A stretch of 61,975 nt of DNA, counting the filler, from Clostridiaceae bacterium (GTDB lineage: Bacteria; Bacillota; Clostridia; CAYPLH01; DUMO01): NCBI GenBank assembly GCA_012839865.1. It is 8 parts of 8 records of this genome, joined end to end, with 100 filler letters (N's around TTAATTAATTAA, not from the genome) between each part and the next. Parts side by side here need not be neighbours in the genome. Positions count along the whole stretch, not along the records: positions 33,077 to 43,517 come from DUMO01000029.1; positions 43,618 to 51,525 come from DUMO01000004.1; positions 51,626 to 60,340 come from DUMO01000032.1; 5 more parts are not named here. One strand, 5' to 3'. The notes beneath the pieces were generated by a model. It saw nothing but the letters and a program-made list of their open reading frames with translations. It was not told the DNA's origin and searched no databases. Made by a program: the position numbers and the translations under genes. Of the stretch, positions 41,625 through 52,077 are shown one piece after another; within the stretch, counting starts at the first letter, position 1, and each line of letters opens with the position of its first letter.

Positions 41625-43517
41625 ATGTATATTGCAAAAAGGTTTCTTTCCATTTTGATTATTGTAACATTAGTAGCCGGCATTTTGCCAAATCCGGCTC
41701 ATGCAATTGGATTAGACGAGAAATTAGAGCAGTATAAATTACTTCAACTGCTTTATTTATTAGCAAATGCAAAAATAGATGGCAATGACAAAGAAACAGA
41801 AAGTGGGGAACTCCAAGCCGGGATTACATTCAATGACCTGAAGGATGTGGAATGGGCCCGGGAGGCTGTTGAGAAGCTGGCATTAAAAGGCATCATAAAA
41901 GGTACTGGTGCAGGCACTTTCACTCCGAAAGCCAATATCACAAGGGCTGATTTTCTGGTTTTGCTTGTAAGAGCCTTAAGTCTTACAGCACCGGTAGACA
42001 GTAATTTTGACGATGTTGAACCGGGTACATATTATTACGAACCAATTGGAATTGCAAAAAAGCTGAAACTTGTCGAAGGTGTCGGAAACAACCTCTTTAA
42101 TCCGAAGGAAAACATCTCAAGGCAGGACATGATGGTGTTATGCTTCAGGGTATTTGTAAAACTGTTTGGACTTGCAGAATCGGAAGATATCGCAGTACTG
42201 GATAATTTTACCGACAGTAATGATGTCGCGGATTATGCCTTTGAAAGCATTGTTACACTTATAAAAGAAGGTTTTGTAAAGGGAGACGGAGAGAGATTAA
42301 ATCCCCGTGCTTTTACAACAAGGGCTGAAGCAGCGGTATTTTTCTACAGGATATATTCCCGGTTTATGGAGACCAGGTTGGCCTATGAAAGGCCGGGAAC
42401 CTTTGGACCGGAAACCGGAATGATGGCGCTGAACCAGGATGTTGATATAAAATCCCCGGATGTCAGGCTTAGAAACATTACTATTTCAGGGAACCTTACC
42501 ATATCCGAGGAGGTAGGTACCGGGGCAGTGTATCTGGATAACATCGTTGTGGACGGCGAGACCTACATAAGAGGAGGCGGTAAGGACAGTATTTACATAA
42601 ACGGAGGACAATATAAGAACATTGCTGTTCAGCGTGTTGGCGGCAAAGTCAGGATTGTGGCGACCGATGTAAACAATCTTACGGTTGTAATTTCTGAAGA
42701 TGCAGAAGGCGAAGAGATTATCCTGGAGGGTGATTTCAGCAGTGTAACTGTTGAAGCAGAGAATGTAACCATTACAACCCAGGGGAATACAAATATTGAA
42801 GAAATAGTGGTCAGGGAAGGCGGAGGGAATGCAACCCTTAACTTAACCGAAACCACGGTTGTAAATAAATTGGTCCTGGAGGACAAAACAGAGGTCAAGG
42901 GGGAGGGAACCGTAAAAGAGGCTGAAGTCAAGTCAGAAGAAGTTATTTTTGAAAAACCCCCCGAAAATATAATAACACCTGACCAAACAACTGATAATAA
43001 CGATGATGAAGGCAATACAGAAGGCGAAGACGGTACCGAAGGTGAAGGTGATACCGAAGGCGAAGAAGACGGTGCTGAAGGCGAGGACGGTACCGAAGGC
43101 GAAGACGGTACTGAAGGTGAGGACGATACCGAAGGCGAAGATGGTACTGAAGGTGAGGACGGTACTGAAGGCGAAGGCGATACCGAAGGTGAAGACAATA
43201 CTGGCGGCGAAAATGATGCCGAAGGTGAAGATAATACCGGCGATGAAGACGAAACAACAGGTGAAGATGAGACTGATAATGAAGATGATGAAGATAATGA
43301 AAATGACAATGATAGTCAGGATGATACAGAGGATGACGAAGAAGACGAGGAAGATAATGACGACATTGTGGAAAATCTTGCTGCATTCAAAGAACTGTTG
43401 GGCAAATATACTCTTGGCGAAATAGTCGGTACTCTGGGTGAAATTGTTAAAGAACTTAAACTTACAGTCAGGGAAACCCTTGAAGCTTTATTGGAAGAAT
43501 ACACTGTAACCGGCATC
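41625..43517 (+). CDS. SLH-domain surface protein with acidic tandem-repeat linker (3' end cut by gap)
   Basis: Signal peptide, three canonical SLH domains (ITRADF, ISRQDM, TTRAEAA), beta-rich domain, (EGEDGT)n. Confidence 0.85.
43008..43250 (+). repeat. 18-bp coding tandem repeat (Glu-Gly-Glu-Asp-Gly/Asp-Thr)
   Basis: GAAGGyGArGAyGGTACy units, roughly a dozen degenerate copies. Confidence 0.85.
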
Positions 43518-43617
43518 NNNNNNNNNNNNNNNNNNNNNNNNNNNNNNNNNNNNNNNNNNNNTTAATTAATTAANNNNNNNNNNNNNNNNNNNNNNNNNNN
43601 NNNNNNNNNNNNNNNNN
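43518..43617. other. Artificial linker
   Basis: N44-TTAATTAATTAA-N44. Confidence 0.98.
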
Positions 43618-43637
43618 TAGTATTAACAGCTCCATGA

Positions 43638-43725
43638 TGGCGGAGGGTTAGGGATTTGAACCCTAGATACCTTGCGGTACACTGGTTTTCGAGACCAGCT
43701 CCTTCAGCCTCTCGGACAACCCTCC
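43638..43725 (-). tRNA. tRNA-Ser(CGA)
   Basis: GGAGGGT acceptor, CTGGT-CTCGAAA-ACCAG, long variable arm, TTCAAAT, GCCA end. Confidence 0.93.
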
Positions 43726-43858
43726 AAGTTAAATTATTTAAATGCCCCGGATAGAACTCGGATAGAACAGCTCAAAAATTCACTTCTATTCGAACTCCAA
43801 GGGCAGCAGAAACCACATAAATCAAGGCTTCCAACTATACAACTTCCACATTGCCCAA

Positions 43859-43901
43859 CACATTTCGAGTGCGGACCCTTCAACCACTTGGGTACTTCTC
43901 C
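43859..43901 (-). pseudogene. 5' half of a second, different tRNA-Ser(CGA)
   Basis: GGAGAAGTACCCAAGTGGTTGAAGGGTCCGCACTCGAAATGTG, then homology stops. Confidence 0.75.
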
Positions 43902-44080
43902 TTATTTTATGCAACCAAAGTGTAATGAGCATTATTGCTACAATATTGTAACATACAGATAAAAGGAAAATCAACAATCACTTTTAAACAGTTCGGGCAA
44001 GTGTCTTTTTATTAGCGATGCGCTTAAGGGTCTATTTTGCAGTATATCCTGAGAGTTTGCCTGTCTGGTTTCTACAGCAC

Positions 44081-44689
44081 TCATTCAAAGCGGGCATGCC
44101 CTTTTTCAGCCGTTTCGGCATCAGCTTTGGTTCTGTGAACTGTGCCAAAGGGATGCTGAGGTGGTGCATATATAGAGTACAATTTTATTGGCATTTTGCC
44201 TGTATTGATCAGATTGTGCCATGTGCCTGCAGGTATAATGAACGCGTAGTCTTTGTATACATTGGCTTGAAAATCCGGTTTATCTTTCTTATCACCCATT
44301 TTAACAATGCCCTGCCCCTCCTCGATGCGTATGAATTGATCAAGGCTCGGATGGACTTCCCAGCCTATGTCTTCTCCTGCGTTTATGCTCATCAAGGTAA
44401 CCTGCAAATGCTTTCCTGTCCACAAAGCGAGACGGAAATTATTATTTTGCTTTGCAGCTTCTTCAATGTCAACTGCAAAGGGAGATGCTCCGTAATCCTT
44501 CAATATAATTGGAGCACCGGCCTTAGCTTTATTCATGTATGGAAGATAATGATTTGGAAACTGGTACCAAAAGTCCGGACTGAGCAATGGGTTGTTGGCA
44601 AAGTATGGACACTGGTACATGTAATATGGGTTATACATTGGATTATTAATGTTGCACGGGTACTGACCAATATTCGGCGAATTATACAT
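44081..44689 (-). CDS. Cupin-domain protein with Pro/Tyr/Asn-rich N-terminus
   Basis: LALWTGKHLQVTLMSI..GWEVHP..DQFIRIEEG, IPAGTWHN, YAPPQHP. Confidence 0.88.
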   Translation of the reverse strand: MYNSPNIGQYPCNINNPMYNPYYMYQCPYFANNPLLSPDFWYQFPNHYLPYMNKAKAGAPIILKDYGASPFAVDIEEAAKQNNNFRLALWTGKHLQVTLMSINAGEDIGWEVHPSLDQFIRIEEGQGIVKMGDKKDKPDFQANVYKDYAFIIPAGTWHNLINTGKMPIKLYSIYAPPQHPFGTVHRTKADAETAEKGHARFE

Positions 44690-45044
44690 AATGTTCGCTC
44701 CCTTCATATGCTTATAGTACTAATATATGTTTATATAAAGGAGATGTGCTTTGGTTTACCAGTTGTAAAGTTCTGTGAAGGATGCTGACATTGAAAAATT
44801 ATCTGCATCTTCTCGATGCATTAATATGCTATAATTATCAATAAGTTGGCTAAATATGAGAATAAATAGTTTTGGAATTAATTTTCTGTAGTAGAAGAAG
44901 AGAAAGGTATAAAAGCAATTGCCAAAGAAATGGGAATATCGTTGCAAAAGCCTGTGAAAGAAATCGAGGATAAGGCATGAGAAAAGATATAGCCCAATCA
45001 GAAAGGTTTGCCTGGCTGCAGGATTAACTTAAGGGGGATCCCGA

Positions 45045-45785
45045 ATGAAGATAAATAAACCCAAAATGATAATATTCGACTATGGGCACACGCTGCTTTA
45101 TGAGATGGGGTTTAACGGTTTGCGTGGTGCAGAGGCACTTTTTAAGTACATAAAGAGCAATAAGAACAATCTAACACCTGAACAAGTAAATGATTTTTCA
45201 CAATGGTTGTTTGAAAAAATCGGACCTGTCAGGGAAATGGGGCTGGAAATGCATGAGCGGCAGTTTCAAAGGTTTATGTATGAATACCTTGAAATCGAAC
45301 TGTCCATTCCGTTGCCGGAAGTGGAGAAAATACTTTGGGACAATGCCTCCCCGGGAGGCGTTATGCCAAATGCCGATGTAATGATTGATTATATAAACAG
45401 TAATGGTATCCGGAGCGGTGTAATCAGCAATATTGGCTGGTCGGGCTCCGCTTTGACGGAACGGATAAACCGTTTGCTGCCACGAAATAAATTTGAATTT
45501 GTCATAGCTTCCAGTGATTATATGTTCCGCAAACCTAATTCCATGCTGTTTGAACTTGCACTGAAAAAGTCGGGACTACGTGCCGAAGATGTCTGGTTTT
45601 GCGGGGATAACATAAAAGCAGACGTTGAAGGTTCTGCATCAGTTGGTATGTTTCCTGTTTGGTATGATAATAGAACAGTTGAGAATACGTGGCTTGAGCA
45701 AAAAAGTGGGATGAGCCCGAATTGTGAGCATTTGCATATACATGACTGGCTGGAATTGATTGATGTGTTGGAAGAACTGTCATGA
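45045..45785 (+). CDS. HAD-family hydrolase
   Basis: IIFDYGHTL, VISN, RKP, FCGDNIKADV. Confidence 0.88.
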   Translation: MKINKPKMIIFDYGHTLLYEMGFNGLRGAEALFKYIKSNKNNLTPEQVNDFSQWLFEKIGPVREMGLEMHERQFQRFMYEYLEIELSIPLPEVEKILWDNASPGGVMPNADVMIDYINSNGIRSGVISNIGWSGSALTERINRLLPRNKFEFVIASSDYMFRKPNSMLFELALKKSGLRAEDVWFCGDNIKADVEGSASVGMFPVWYDNRTVENTWLEQKSGMSPNCEHLHIHDWLELIDVLEELS

Positions 45786-45824
45786 ATCAATATCACCGAA
45801 TTCTTTTACATGGAGGCGTTTTGA

Positions 45825-46346
45825 TTGATATTATCAGGTCTTGAAATTGGAAAGCATATTGGTAAAGAGATAATTATCGAACCTTTTGATGAGAAATGTC
45901 TTAACCCCAACAGTTATAATCTTCATTTGCATAATGAACTTCTGGTCTATGAAGAAGAAGTATTGGATATGAAAAAGCCCAATAAATGCAAAAAAATAAT
46001 TTTGCCTGAAGAAGGCCTTGTGCTGGAGCCGGGGAGATTATACCTGGGAAGGACGGTGGAATACACAAAAACCAACGGGTACGTTCCGATGCTGGAGGGA
46101 CGTTCTTCTGTAGGAAGGCTGGGAGTCTATATCCATGTAACCGCCGGGTTTGGTGATGTTGGATTCAGTGGCTACTGGACACTTGAGATTCAGTGCGTTC
46201 AGCCGGTCAGGATTTATCCGGGTATAGAAATCTGCCAGATATATTATCACACCATTCAGGGTGATTATATAAAACATTACAGCGGTAAGTATCAAAACAA
46301 TACCGGCATACAATCCAGTCTTATGTACAAGGATTTTGAGAAGTAA
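45825..46346 (+). CDS. dcd: dCTP deaminase
   Basis: LNPNSYNL, LEGRSSVGRLG, AGFGDVGFSGYWTLEI. Confidence 0.93.
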   Translation: MILSGLEIGKHIGKEIIIEPFDEKCLNPNSYNLHLHNELLVYEEEVLDMKKPNKCKKIILPEEGLVLEPGRLYLGRTVEYTKTNGYVPMLEGRSSVGRLGVYIHVTAGFGDVGFSGYWTLEIQCVQPVRIYPGIEICQIYYHTIQGDYIKHYSGKYQNNTGIQSSLMYKDFEK

Positions 46347-46356
46347 GAGGTGTATT

Positions 46357-46800
46357 ATGCTGATTCGGGAAATTGAGAAATTCGACCTTGACGGATTGCA
46401 GGAATTGTATTTGCACCTGCACGAGAGCGAAAAGCTGCCGGAAACACCGGAACTTTATTCCCTCTGGAATGAAATAATTGCTGATGAAAATTATCATATA
46501 TTGATTGGAGAAATTGAGGGCAAAATCATATCAAGTGTAACTGTTGTGATAATAAAAAATCTTACGCGGGGAATGCGGCCTTACGCTTTAATTGAAAATG
46601 TTGTAACCCATAAGGATTACAGGGGCAGGGGATATGCCCGGGCCTTGATGCAAAAAGCTGTTGAGATTGCAAAAAGCGCAGGATGCTATAAGGTAATGCT
46701 GCTTACCGGGGCGAAAAATGAAAATACATTAAGGTTTTATGAAAAGTGTGGTTTTAACAGCAAAGACAAAACAGCATTCATCAAATGGATTGGAAACTAA
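46357..46800 (+). CDS. GNAT acetyltransferase
   Basis: IENVVTHKDYRGRGYA, FYEKCGF. Confidence 0.9.
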   Translation: MLIREIEKFDLDGLQELYLHLHESEKLPETPELYSLWNEIIADENYHILIGEIEGKIISSVTVVIIKNLTRGMRPYALIENVVTHKDYRGRGYARALMQKAVEIAKSAGCYKVMLLTGAKNENTLRFYEKCGFNSKDKTAFIKWIGN

Positions 46801-46831
46801 TGGCAGTCAATGCTGAAAGAAGGTATTTTCC

Positions 46832-47224
46832 ATGATTGAGTACAGAACCTCCCTTGAGAGTATAAACCCAAATGATTTAAACGGCTTTTTTGTTGGCTGG
46901 GTGAAACCCCTTACACCTGAACAGCACTACATAATACTCAAAAACAGCAGCTTTGTTGTATTGGCATATGATAAAGAAAATTCAAGAGTTGTTGGCTTTA
47001 TAAATGCTATAAGCGATATGGTGCATTTTGCATTTATACCAATGCTGGAGGTGCTTCCTGAATATCAGCATAAAGGTATCGGGAGCAACCTTTTCAAAAC
47101 GATGCTGGAATTGCTTGATGATTTTACTTGTATTGATTTGATGTGTGACAAAAAAATGCAGGGGTTTTATGAGAAGTTTGGGATGTTTAAATCCCATGGT
47201 ATGATTATACGAAAGTACAATTAG
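46832..47224 (+). CDS. GNAT acetyltransferase
   Basis: LEVLPEYQHKGIGS, FYEKFG. Confidence 0.9.
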   Translation: MIEYRTSLESINPNDLNGFFVGWVKPLTPEQHYIILKNSSFVVLAYDKENSRVVGFINAISDMVHFAFIPMLEVLPEYQHKGIGSNLFKTMLELLDDFTCIDLMCDKKMQGFYEKFGMFKSHGMIIRKYN

Positions 47225-47388
47225 ATACCAGACATACCTTTTGGTATATGGAGCTTCCAAAGCTTACAAGAGCTTTCGGAATAACATTCGGCAAAGCTGT
47301 TAATCCTGCACCCTTGAAGTGTATGCCGGATGGTACTCCATGACAGCTTAATAGAGTGCGCCGTTCTTATCCATTGTTACATGTATTT

Positions 47389-47874
47389 TTACCGCAGATT
47401 TTTATGCATTCCCTCTCTTAATTCCATAAAAAATTTCTTCAAAATTTGCGCACATTCATCCTGCAACACTCCACTGCAAGCTTCAACCTTGTGATTGAAC
47501 CTTTCATCCGCCAGTATATCAATGACTGAACCTACAGCTCCTGCTTTCGGATCGGGAGTGCCTATTACAACCCTGTCCAGCCTGGCCTGAATTAAGGCAC
47601 CTGCGCACATGGGGCATGGTTCAAGGGTTACATAAAGGCTGCAGCCGTATAACCTCCAGGATCCAAGCTTCTTGCAAGCCTTTTGGATTGCGGAAATCTC
47701 AGCATGGTTTATCGGGTTGTTTTTTATCTCTTTCTCATTATGCCCCCGTGCTATCACTTTACTGTCTTTCACAATTACAGCTCCGACAGGAATTTCCCTC
47801 TTCTTATATGCTTTTTCAGCTTCTTTTAAGGCTTCCTTCATGAAAAACTCGTGTGAACCTTTTATATATGCCAT
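47389..47874 (-). CDS. tadA: tRNA adenosine(34) deaminase
   Basis: EIPVGAVIV, HAEI, TLEPCPMCAGA, DPKAGA. Confidence 0.93.
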   Translation of the reverse strand: MAYIKGSHEFFMKEALKEAEKAYKKREIPVGAVIVKDSKVIARGHNEKEIKNNPINHAEISAIQKACKKLGSWRLYGCSLYVTLEPCPMCAGALIQARLDRVVIGTPDPKAGAVGSVIDILADERFNHKVEACSGVLQDECAQILKKFFMELREGMHKNLR

Positions 47875-48111
47875 TTTACACCACCATTTCATTTGCACTT
47901 TATAATACAGACTGCTAAACTGCTTATCTTTAAACTTTTAAAAAATAACATGCACCAACATTATACCAGATGTTCTTAAAATAGATTACTTGATTTATTT
48001 ATCATATGAAATTTGGATATAATAATGTATAATATTGGATAATTAAGCATTGGAAATACCAGGCAGTCGGCAATTGGCATTTTATATAAACAGGCGGAAG
48101 GAAAGAAGTTA

Positions 48112-48993
48112 ATGGAACCTTTTTTATACTACTCAATACAGGTTTTAAGCCGTGCGGGAAATACATTACTGAACTTTTTACCTTATCTTGTGGCAGGCAC
48201 TGTTATAGGTGAACTTTTAAAACTGGTTCCCATTACCCGAAACCTTAAAAACGGAGCTTCCAGGTTTAGGGTTTTATCAGTATTTATTTTTTCGATAATT
48301 GGAATTATATCTCCCCTTTGCACTTATGGTACCGTGCCTGTGGTTGTCCAACTGTTTGTTTCAGGAGTGCCGATTGCACCTCTTGTTTCATTTTTATCAG
48401 CCTCCTCCATGATGAACCCTCAGCTTTTTATAATGACATGGGGAGGTATCGGTTATGAAATGAGCATTGCCAGAACTTTGGCGGCATTTGTTTTCAGTGT
48501 TTTAACAGGGCTGATTTTATACCTGATTCCTGAAAAATGGATAGTGAATTCCCGTGTGGAAGGGATTTCTGCAATGCAGCATAAAGAAAAGCATTTTTCC
48601 TACAAATCTTTATTTTCGGGGATGTTAAAAACATTGGAATATACCGGGTTTTATATGGTTATTGGAATCATTGCAGGAGCTGTCATAGAAATTGCAATAC
48701 CAGGCAGATGGATTAATTTTATATTCAGACCTGAAAGCAATGTATCTGTGGCCGTAGCATCAATCCTGGGAATTCCCTTATATGCCTGCGGGGGTGCAAC
48801 CATACCCCTTGTCAGTTCGCTGATAAAACAGGGAATGAGCAAAGGCGCGGCATTGTCATTCTTCACAGTAGGACCGGCCACCAGAATTACGTCCCTGGCA
48901 GCAGTTGCGGCCATACTAAAACCGGCATTTATTATTTTTTATGTTATGCTGTTGGTTGTTTTTTCTATTTTTGCGGGCATAATATATGTTTGA
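48112..48993 (+). CDS. Predicted permease (DUF318/ArsP-like)
   Basis: Two half-repeats PLCTYGTVP and PLYACGGATIP, multiple TM segments. Confidence 0.82.
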   Translation: MEPFLYYSIQVLSRAGNTLLNFLPYLVAGTVIGELLKLVPITRNLKNGASRFRVLSVFIFSIIGIISPLCTYGTVPVVVQLFVSGVPIAPLVSFLSASSMMNPQLFIMTWGGIGYEMSIARTLAAFVFSVLTGLILYLIPEKWIVNSRVEGISAMQHKEKHFSYKSLFSGMLKTLEYTGFYMVIGIIAGAVIEIAIPGRWINFIFRPESNVSVAVASILGIPLYACGGATIPLVSSLIKQGMSKGAALSFFTVGPATRITSLAAVAAILKPAFIIFYVMLLVVFSIFAGIIYV

Positions 48994-49066
48994 ATACAGG
49001 TTTCAGTTTTTTTACGGGATGTCTTGCGAATTGATTTGAAGTAGTCAGGGAGGATTCTAAAAGGAT

Positions 49067-49687
49067 ATGCGAAAAAGTGTTGCAAAGAGATACATTTTGA
49101 TTACATTATTGTCATTGCTGGCTATAGCGGTTATTGGTGAAAGAATCGGCATGTTTGATTCTTTCCTGAAAAGATATGAAGATAACAGGATAAATGAGCA
49201 ACTGGACAGGGTCGGTGCCGGGAATAGCCCCGAGAACATGCCAAGAGGAGAAACGGTTGAGTATACGGATGGCAATTCTCATGCCACACCTCCCGGTGGT
49301 GGAAACGGGGACACTGCCGCACCAAATGAACCTGGCAATTCCGGTGCAGATAAAGAGCTTCTGAAAATGAAGCGTTCCCTGGTAGCCATAGTCAGGTCGG
49401 AAAAGGAGCAGGCAAAAGACATTACAAGTGATGAGATAAAGCAAATGGTCAGAAATGCAGTCAATCTGGCCGGCGGGCTGAAGGATATTGTAAAAGACGG
49501 GCAGACTGTAGTTATTAAGCCTAACCTGGTTCAAAAGCACAACGATGTTACAGGAGAGCTGTTTGCAAAGGAAATGAACGGCATTACTACCGATTGGCGG
49601 GTAACTGCCGCAGTAGTCGAAATGGTCCGGGAATTGAACCCTAACGGGATAGTGTATGTAATGGAAGGTTCGGCTGAACTCAAATAA
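49067..49687 (+). pseudogene. DUF362 (Fe-S-associated) protein, 3'-truncated
   Basis: VKDGQTVVIKPNLV..TTDWRVTAAVV..VYVMEGS, then abrupt end at a junction. Confidence 0.7.
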
Positions 49688-49867
49688 ATCACCAACCTGA
49701 CAATCTAAGGCTTCACATATCAAATCGACGTAATCAAGATTTATCCTTTCTGTAAATTCATTATAAATCTCTGATATAGTGTTTTTACCTATCCCGGTTT
49801 GCCTAGCTAACTCAGCTTGAGACCATCTCTTTTCTCCTAGTATTTTTGACAAATGAATCTTTATCAC
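49673..49867 (-). pseudogene. Xre/Cro-like HTH regulator, last residues lost at junction
   Basis: MIKIHLSKILGEKRWSQAELARQTGIGKNTISEIY...LICEALDCQVGDLFE. Confidence 0.8.
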
Positions 49868-49975
49868 AACACAACCTCCTCTCTGTTTTTTGAGGAAATT
49901 GCATCATCATAAAATACATTTGTTGCTTATAAGGGACATTGTATCTTGTTAAGGTACAATCAGATCAAAAAAAAA

Positions 49976-50195
49976 TTAATAGTTTCTGATGATTAACTCT
50001 TTATAGCTACGTCCTCTATCAGAATATCTCCCTACAAGGTTATGCCCACGGCTTACTTCTTCGATTTTGAAGCCCCTGTAAAGCTCCCTGATGTACTCGC
50101 AATCATTATAAGATAGAATGAACTTACCTTTGACACGTCTTAAGACTTCATTTAGCCTCTTATGGTCATCTTTCGGGAATTCAGCAGATTTCCTC
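49976..50195 (-). pseudogene. C-terminal fragment of Dam-type DNA adenine methylase
   Basis: DHKRL..KGKFILSYND..IRELY..KELIIRNY; no N-terminus. Confidence 0.75.
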
Positions 50196-50345
50196 CGCCT
50201 CATTTCCGTTAGGGAATAGCCTGGTGCCTTTGTCCATGAAATTGTATTCTATCATTGCAGCCCGCCCCGGCACAGGAACCAGAGTTGGGTTTACCGGGAA
50301 GTGGATTCGGTTGTTGGTTTTAATATCTGTCAGGTAAAAATCCAT
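50181..50345 (-). pseudogene. N-terminal fragment of a phage tail protein (XkdP-like)
   Basis: Manual: MDFYLTDIKTNNRIHFPVNP...; directly follows the tape-measure stop and is fused into the dam fragment. Confidence 0.5.
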
Positions 50346-50347
50346 GT

Positions 50348-51337
50348 TTATGCACCCCCCGGTACGATAACCGTATTTTTTAAGATGGCAGGAAGTATTT
50401 TAGCGATGGTTTCCAGCATCTCATCGGCCAGCTCAATGTTGTTTTCTCTGATGATCCGGAGGATGTCTTCTTCATTGGCTGCGCTTTCGATTTTATATGT
50501 TGGTTTAGCCTGTAATGTCAGACTTATCGTTTGGTTGTTTGTATTTCCTGAAGATACCGGCAGTACCACAGGCTTTGCTTCCCTCGGTGCATCCACCATC
50601 ACATTTGTTTCAGGCAATTCAAAGATATTCCCTGCAATGCCGCCGTCATCATATGCTTTAAATGGCTTATCCAGGGCATTCATACCAAAGATTCTTCCTA
50701 CCTGCTCCCAAAGACTTACACCACGGTTTCGCCGGGTAGAGGATAGGGGAATAATAGCTTCCGGGCCAGCCTCGGCAACCAATCCGACATGCTGCCTGGT
50801 CAGCACACCACCTTCTGCATGCGGATAATAGTCTCCGTAAGGATAATGGTCTTGATAGGAATCCTTATGCGGATTACTCTCACTCATGTACCTGGCAAGA
50901 ACGTCAATGTTAATCTTCTTGTCTGTTGGCAGCTCTTTCATTTTGCGTTCCAGCTCCGAAACCTTCCCGATGGCTTCCATGAACCTTTCCTGTTCAGCCT
51001 CCGTCAACTGGTAGTATTTTTGTGCCTGCTCTTCAAGGGTACCTCCAAGGTCAAATTCTATAAGTTTCTTTTGTGCTTCATATAAGCTGCTGTATTGATC
51101 TCTTAGCTGAGCCAGCTGTTCGTCCTCTTTCACCAGGGCATCAATAACCTTCAGCCGTTCCTCCTCAAAAGTATTGTCCTGCATTGCGAATGCAAAGCCT
51201 GACAACCCGCTGCCACTAAAATCATATCCGACCGTCTGTGCCACTTCATTTATCTTATCAAGTAACGCCTGCACTTTTTCAGTATCCTTTTCCCAATCGT
51301 ACCCTTCCTTATCCCTGTCCTGGAATAGCTTCGTCAT
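50348..51337 (-). pseudogene. C-terminal fragment of a phage tape-measure-like protein
   Basis: HAEGGVLTRQHVGLVAEAGPEAIIPLS motif; in-frame stop shortly upstream and no RBS. Confidence 0.7.
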
Positions 51338-51525
51338 TTCTAGCTCATAGTGTAGGTTGTCAGATTAAAAAGTGCCAATCTCCTCATAGATCGTCAGGCT
51401 ACAGGAGTCCATTTTTAATAAAGCAAGCCGTAATAATTTGAAAACAATTTGCAAATTGTACAGGTCAGCATTAAAATCTGTTGTAAAAGTATTTTGGAGG
51501 GATTAGCTGTGCAACAAATTTTTAA

Positions 51526-51625
51526 NNNNNNNNNNNNNNNNNNNNNNNNNNNNNNNNNNNNNNNNNNNNTTAATTAATTAANNNNNNNNNNNNNNNNNNN
51601 NNNNNNNNNNNNNNNNNNNNNNNNN
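51526..51625. other. Artificial linker
   Basis: N44-TTAATTAATTAA-N44. Confidence 0.98.
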
Positions 51626-51868
51626 ACAATACACTCCTGGGCTTTCTATCAGTTGCAGGAATACATAAAGCAAAAAGCAATGAAATATGGGATACCTGTA
51701 GTAATAGTAGATGCAAAATATACAAGCCAAAGATGTTTCAAATGCAATCACATTGAAAAAGGAAACAGAGACAAAGACAAATTTGTATGCAAAAAATGTG
51801 GACACAAAAGTCATGCAGACTTGAATGCCAGCAGAAACATTGCAATAAGCACAAGCCTGGCGGTGTAG
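51626..51868 (+). CDS. tnpB: TnpB RNA-guided nuclease, C-terminal part (cut by gap)
   Basis: HSWAFYQLQEYIKQKA..VDAKYTSQRCFKC..FVCKKCGHKSHADLNASRNI (zinc finger and RuvC-III Asp). Confidence 0.9.
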   Translation, partial: TIHSWAFYQLQEYIKQKAMKYGIPVVIVDAKYTSQRCFKCNHIEKGNRDKDKFVCKKCGHKSHADLNASRNIAISTSLAV

Positions 51869-52063
51869 GTTCTAACAGAGCTGACAGACCAGGTGCCCAT
51901 GGGGTAAAACCTCACATGGGAGGATAGAGTGGCACTATCTATGGTTTCATTGAAGAAAGTGGGTCGGAAACGGAACAACTGGAGAGAAATCTCTTCCACC
52001 GGAGATAGAAACCACCGAACTTCCACAGGGAAGCTCCTCAATTCATTGAGGAGAGGATGTCAC
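51869..52063 (+). ncRNA. Putative omegaRNA scaffold region (guide = flanking DNA from 52064)
   Basis: 195 nt between tnpB stop and the right end, with several hairpins; position matches known TnpB omegaRNA loci. Confidence 0.6.
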
Positions 52064-52077
52064 ATTTATCTTCCATC

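Larger units (their letters stand above)
49673..51345 (-). mobile_element. Collapsed prophage remnant
   Basis: Fragments of tape-measure, tail, DNA methylase and Xre genes fused at abrupt junctions. Confidence 0.7.
51626..52063 (+). mobile_element. IS200/IS605-family element, right part
   Basis: tnpB 3' end followed by subterminal hairpin CTCCTCAA-TTCA-TTGAGGAG (52034-52053) and terminal TCAC (52060-52063). Confidence 0.82.

Noticed and set aside
42629..43425. Ser/Pro-, Arg/Leu- and Lys-rich alternative ORFs
   Set aside because: Shadow frames of the 18-bp coding repeat.
47225..47388. SRP RNA or tRNA expected downstream of tadA
   Set aside because: No SRP domain IV motif or cloverleaf is recognisable.
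49112..49867. 251-aa ORF as a real HTH fusion protein
   Set aside because: Only the first ~64 aa are HTH; the rest is antisense read-through of the DUF362 gene after a junction.
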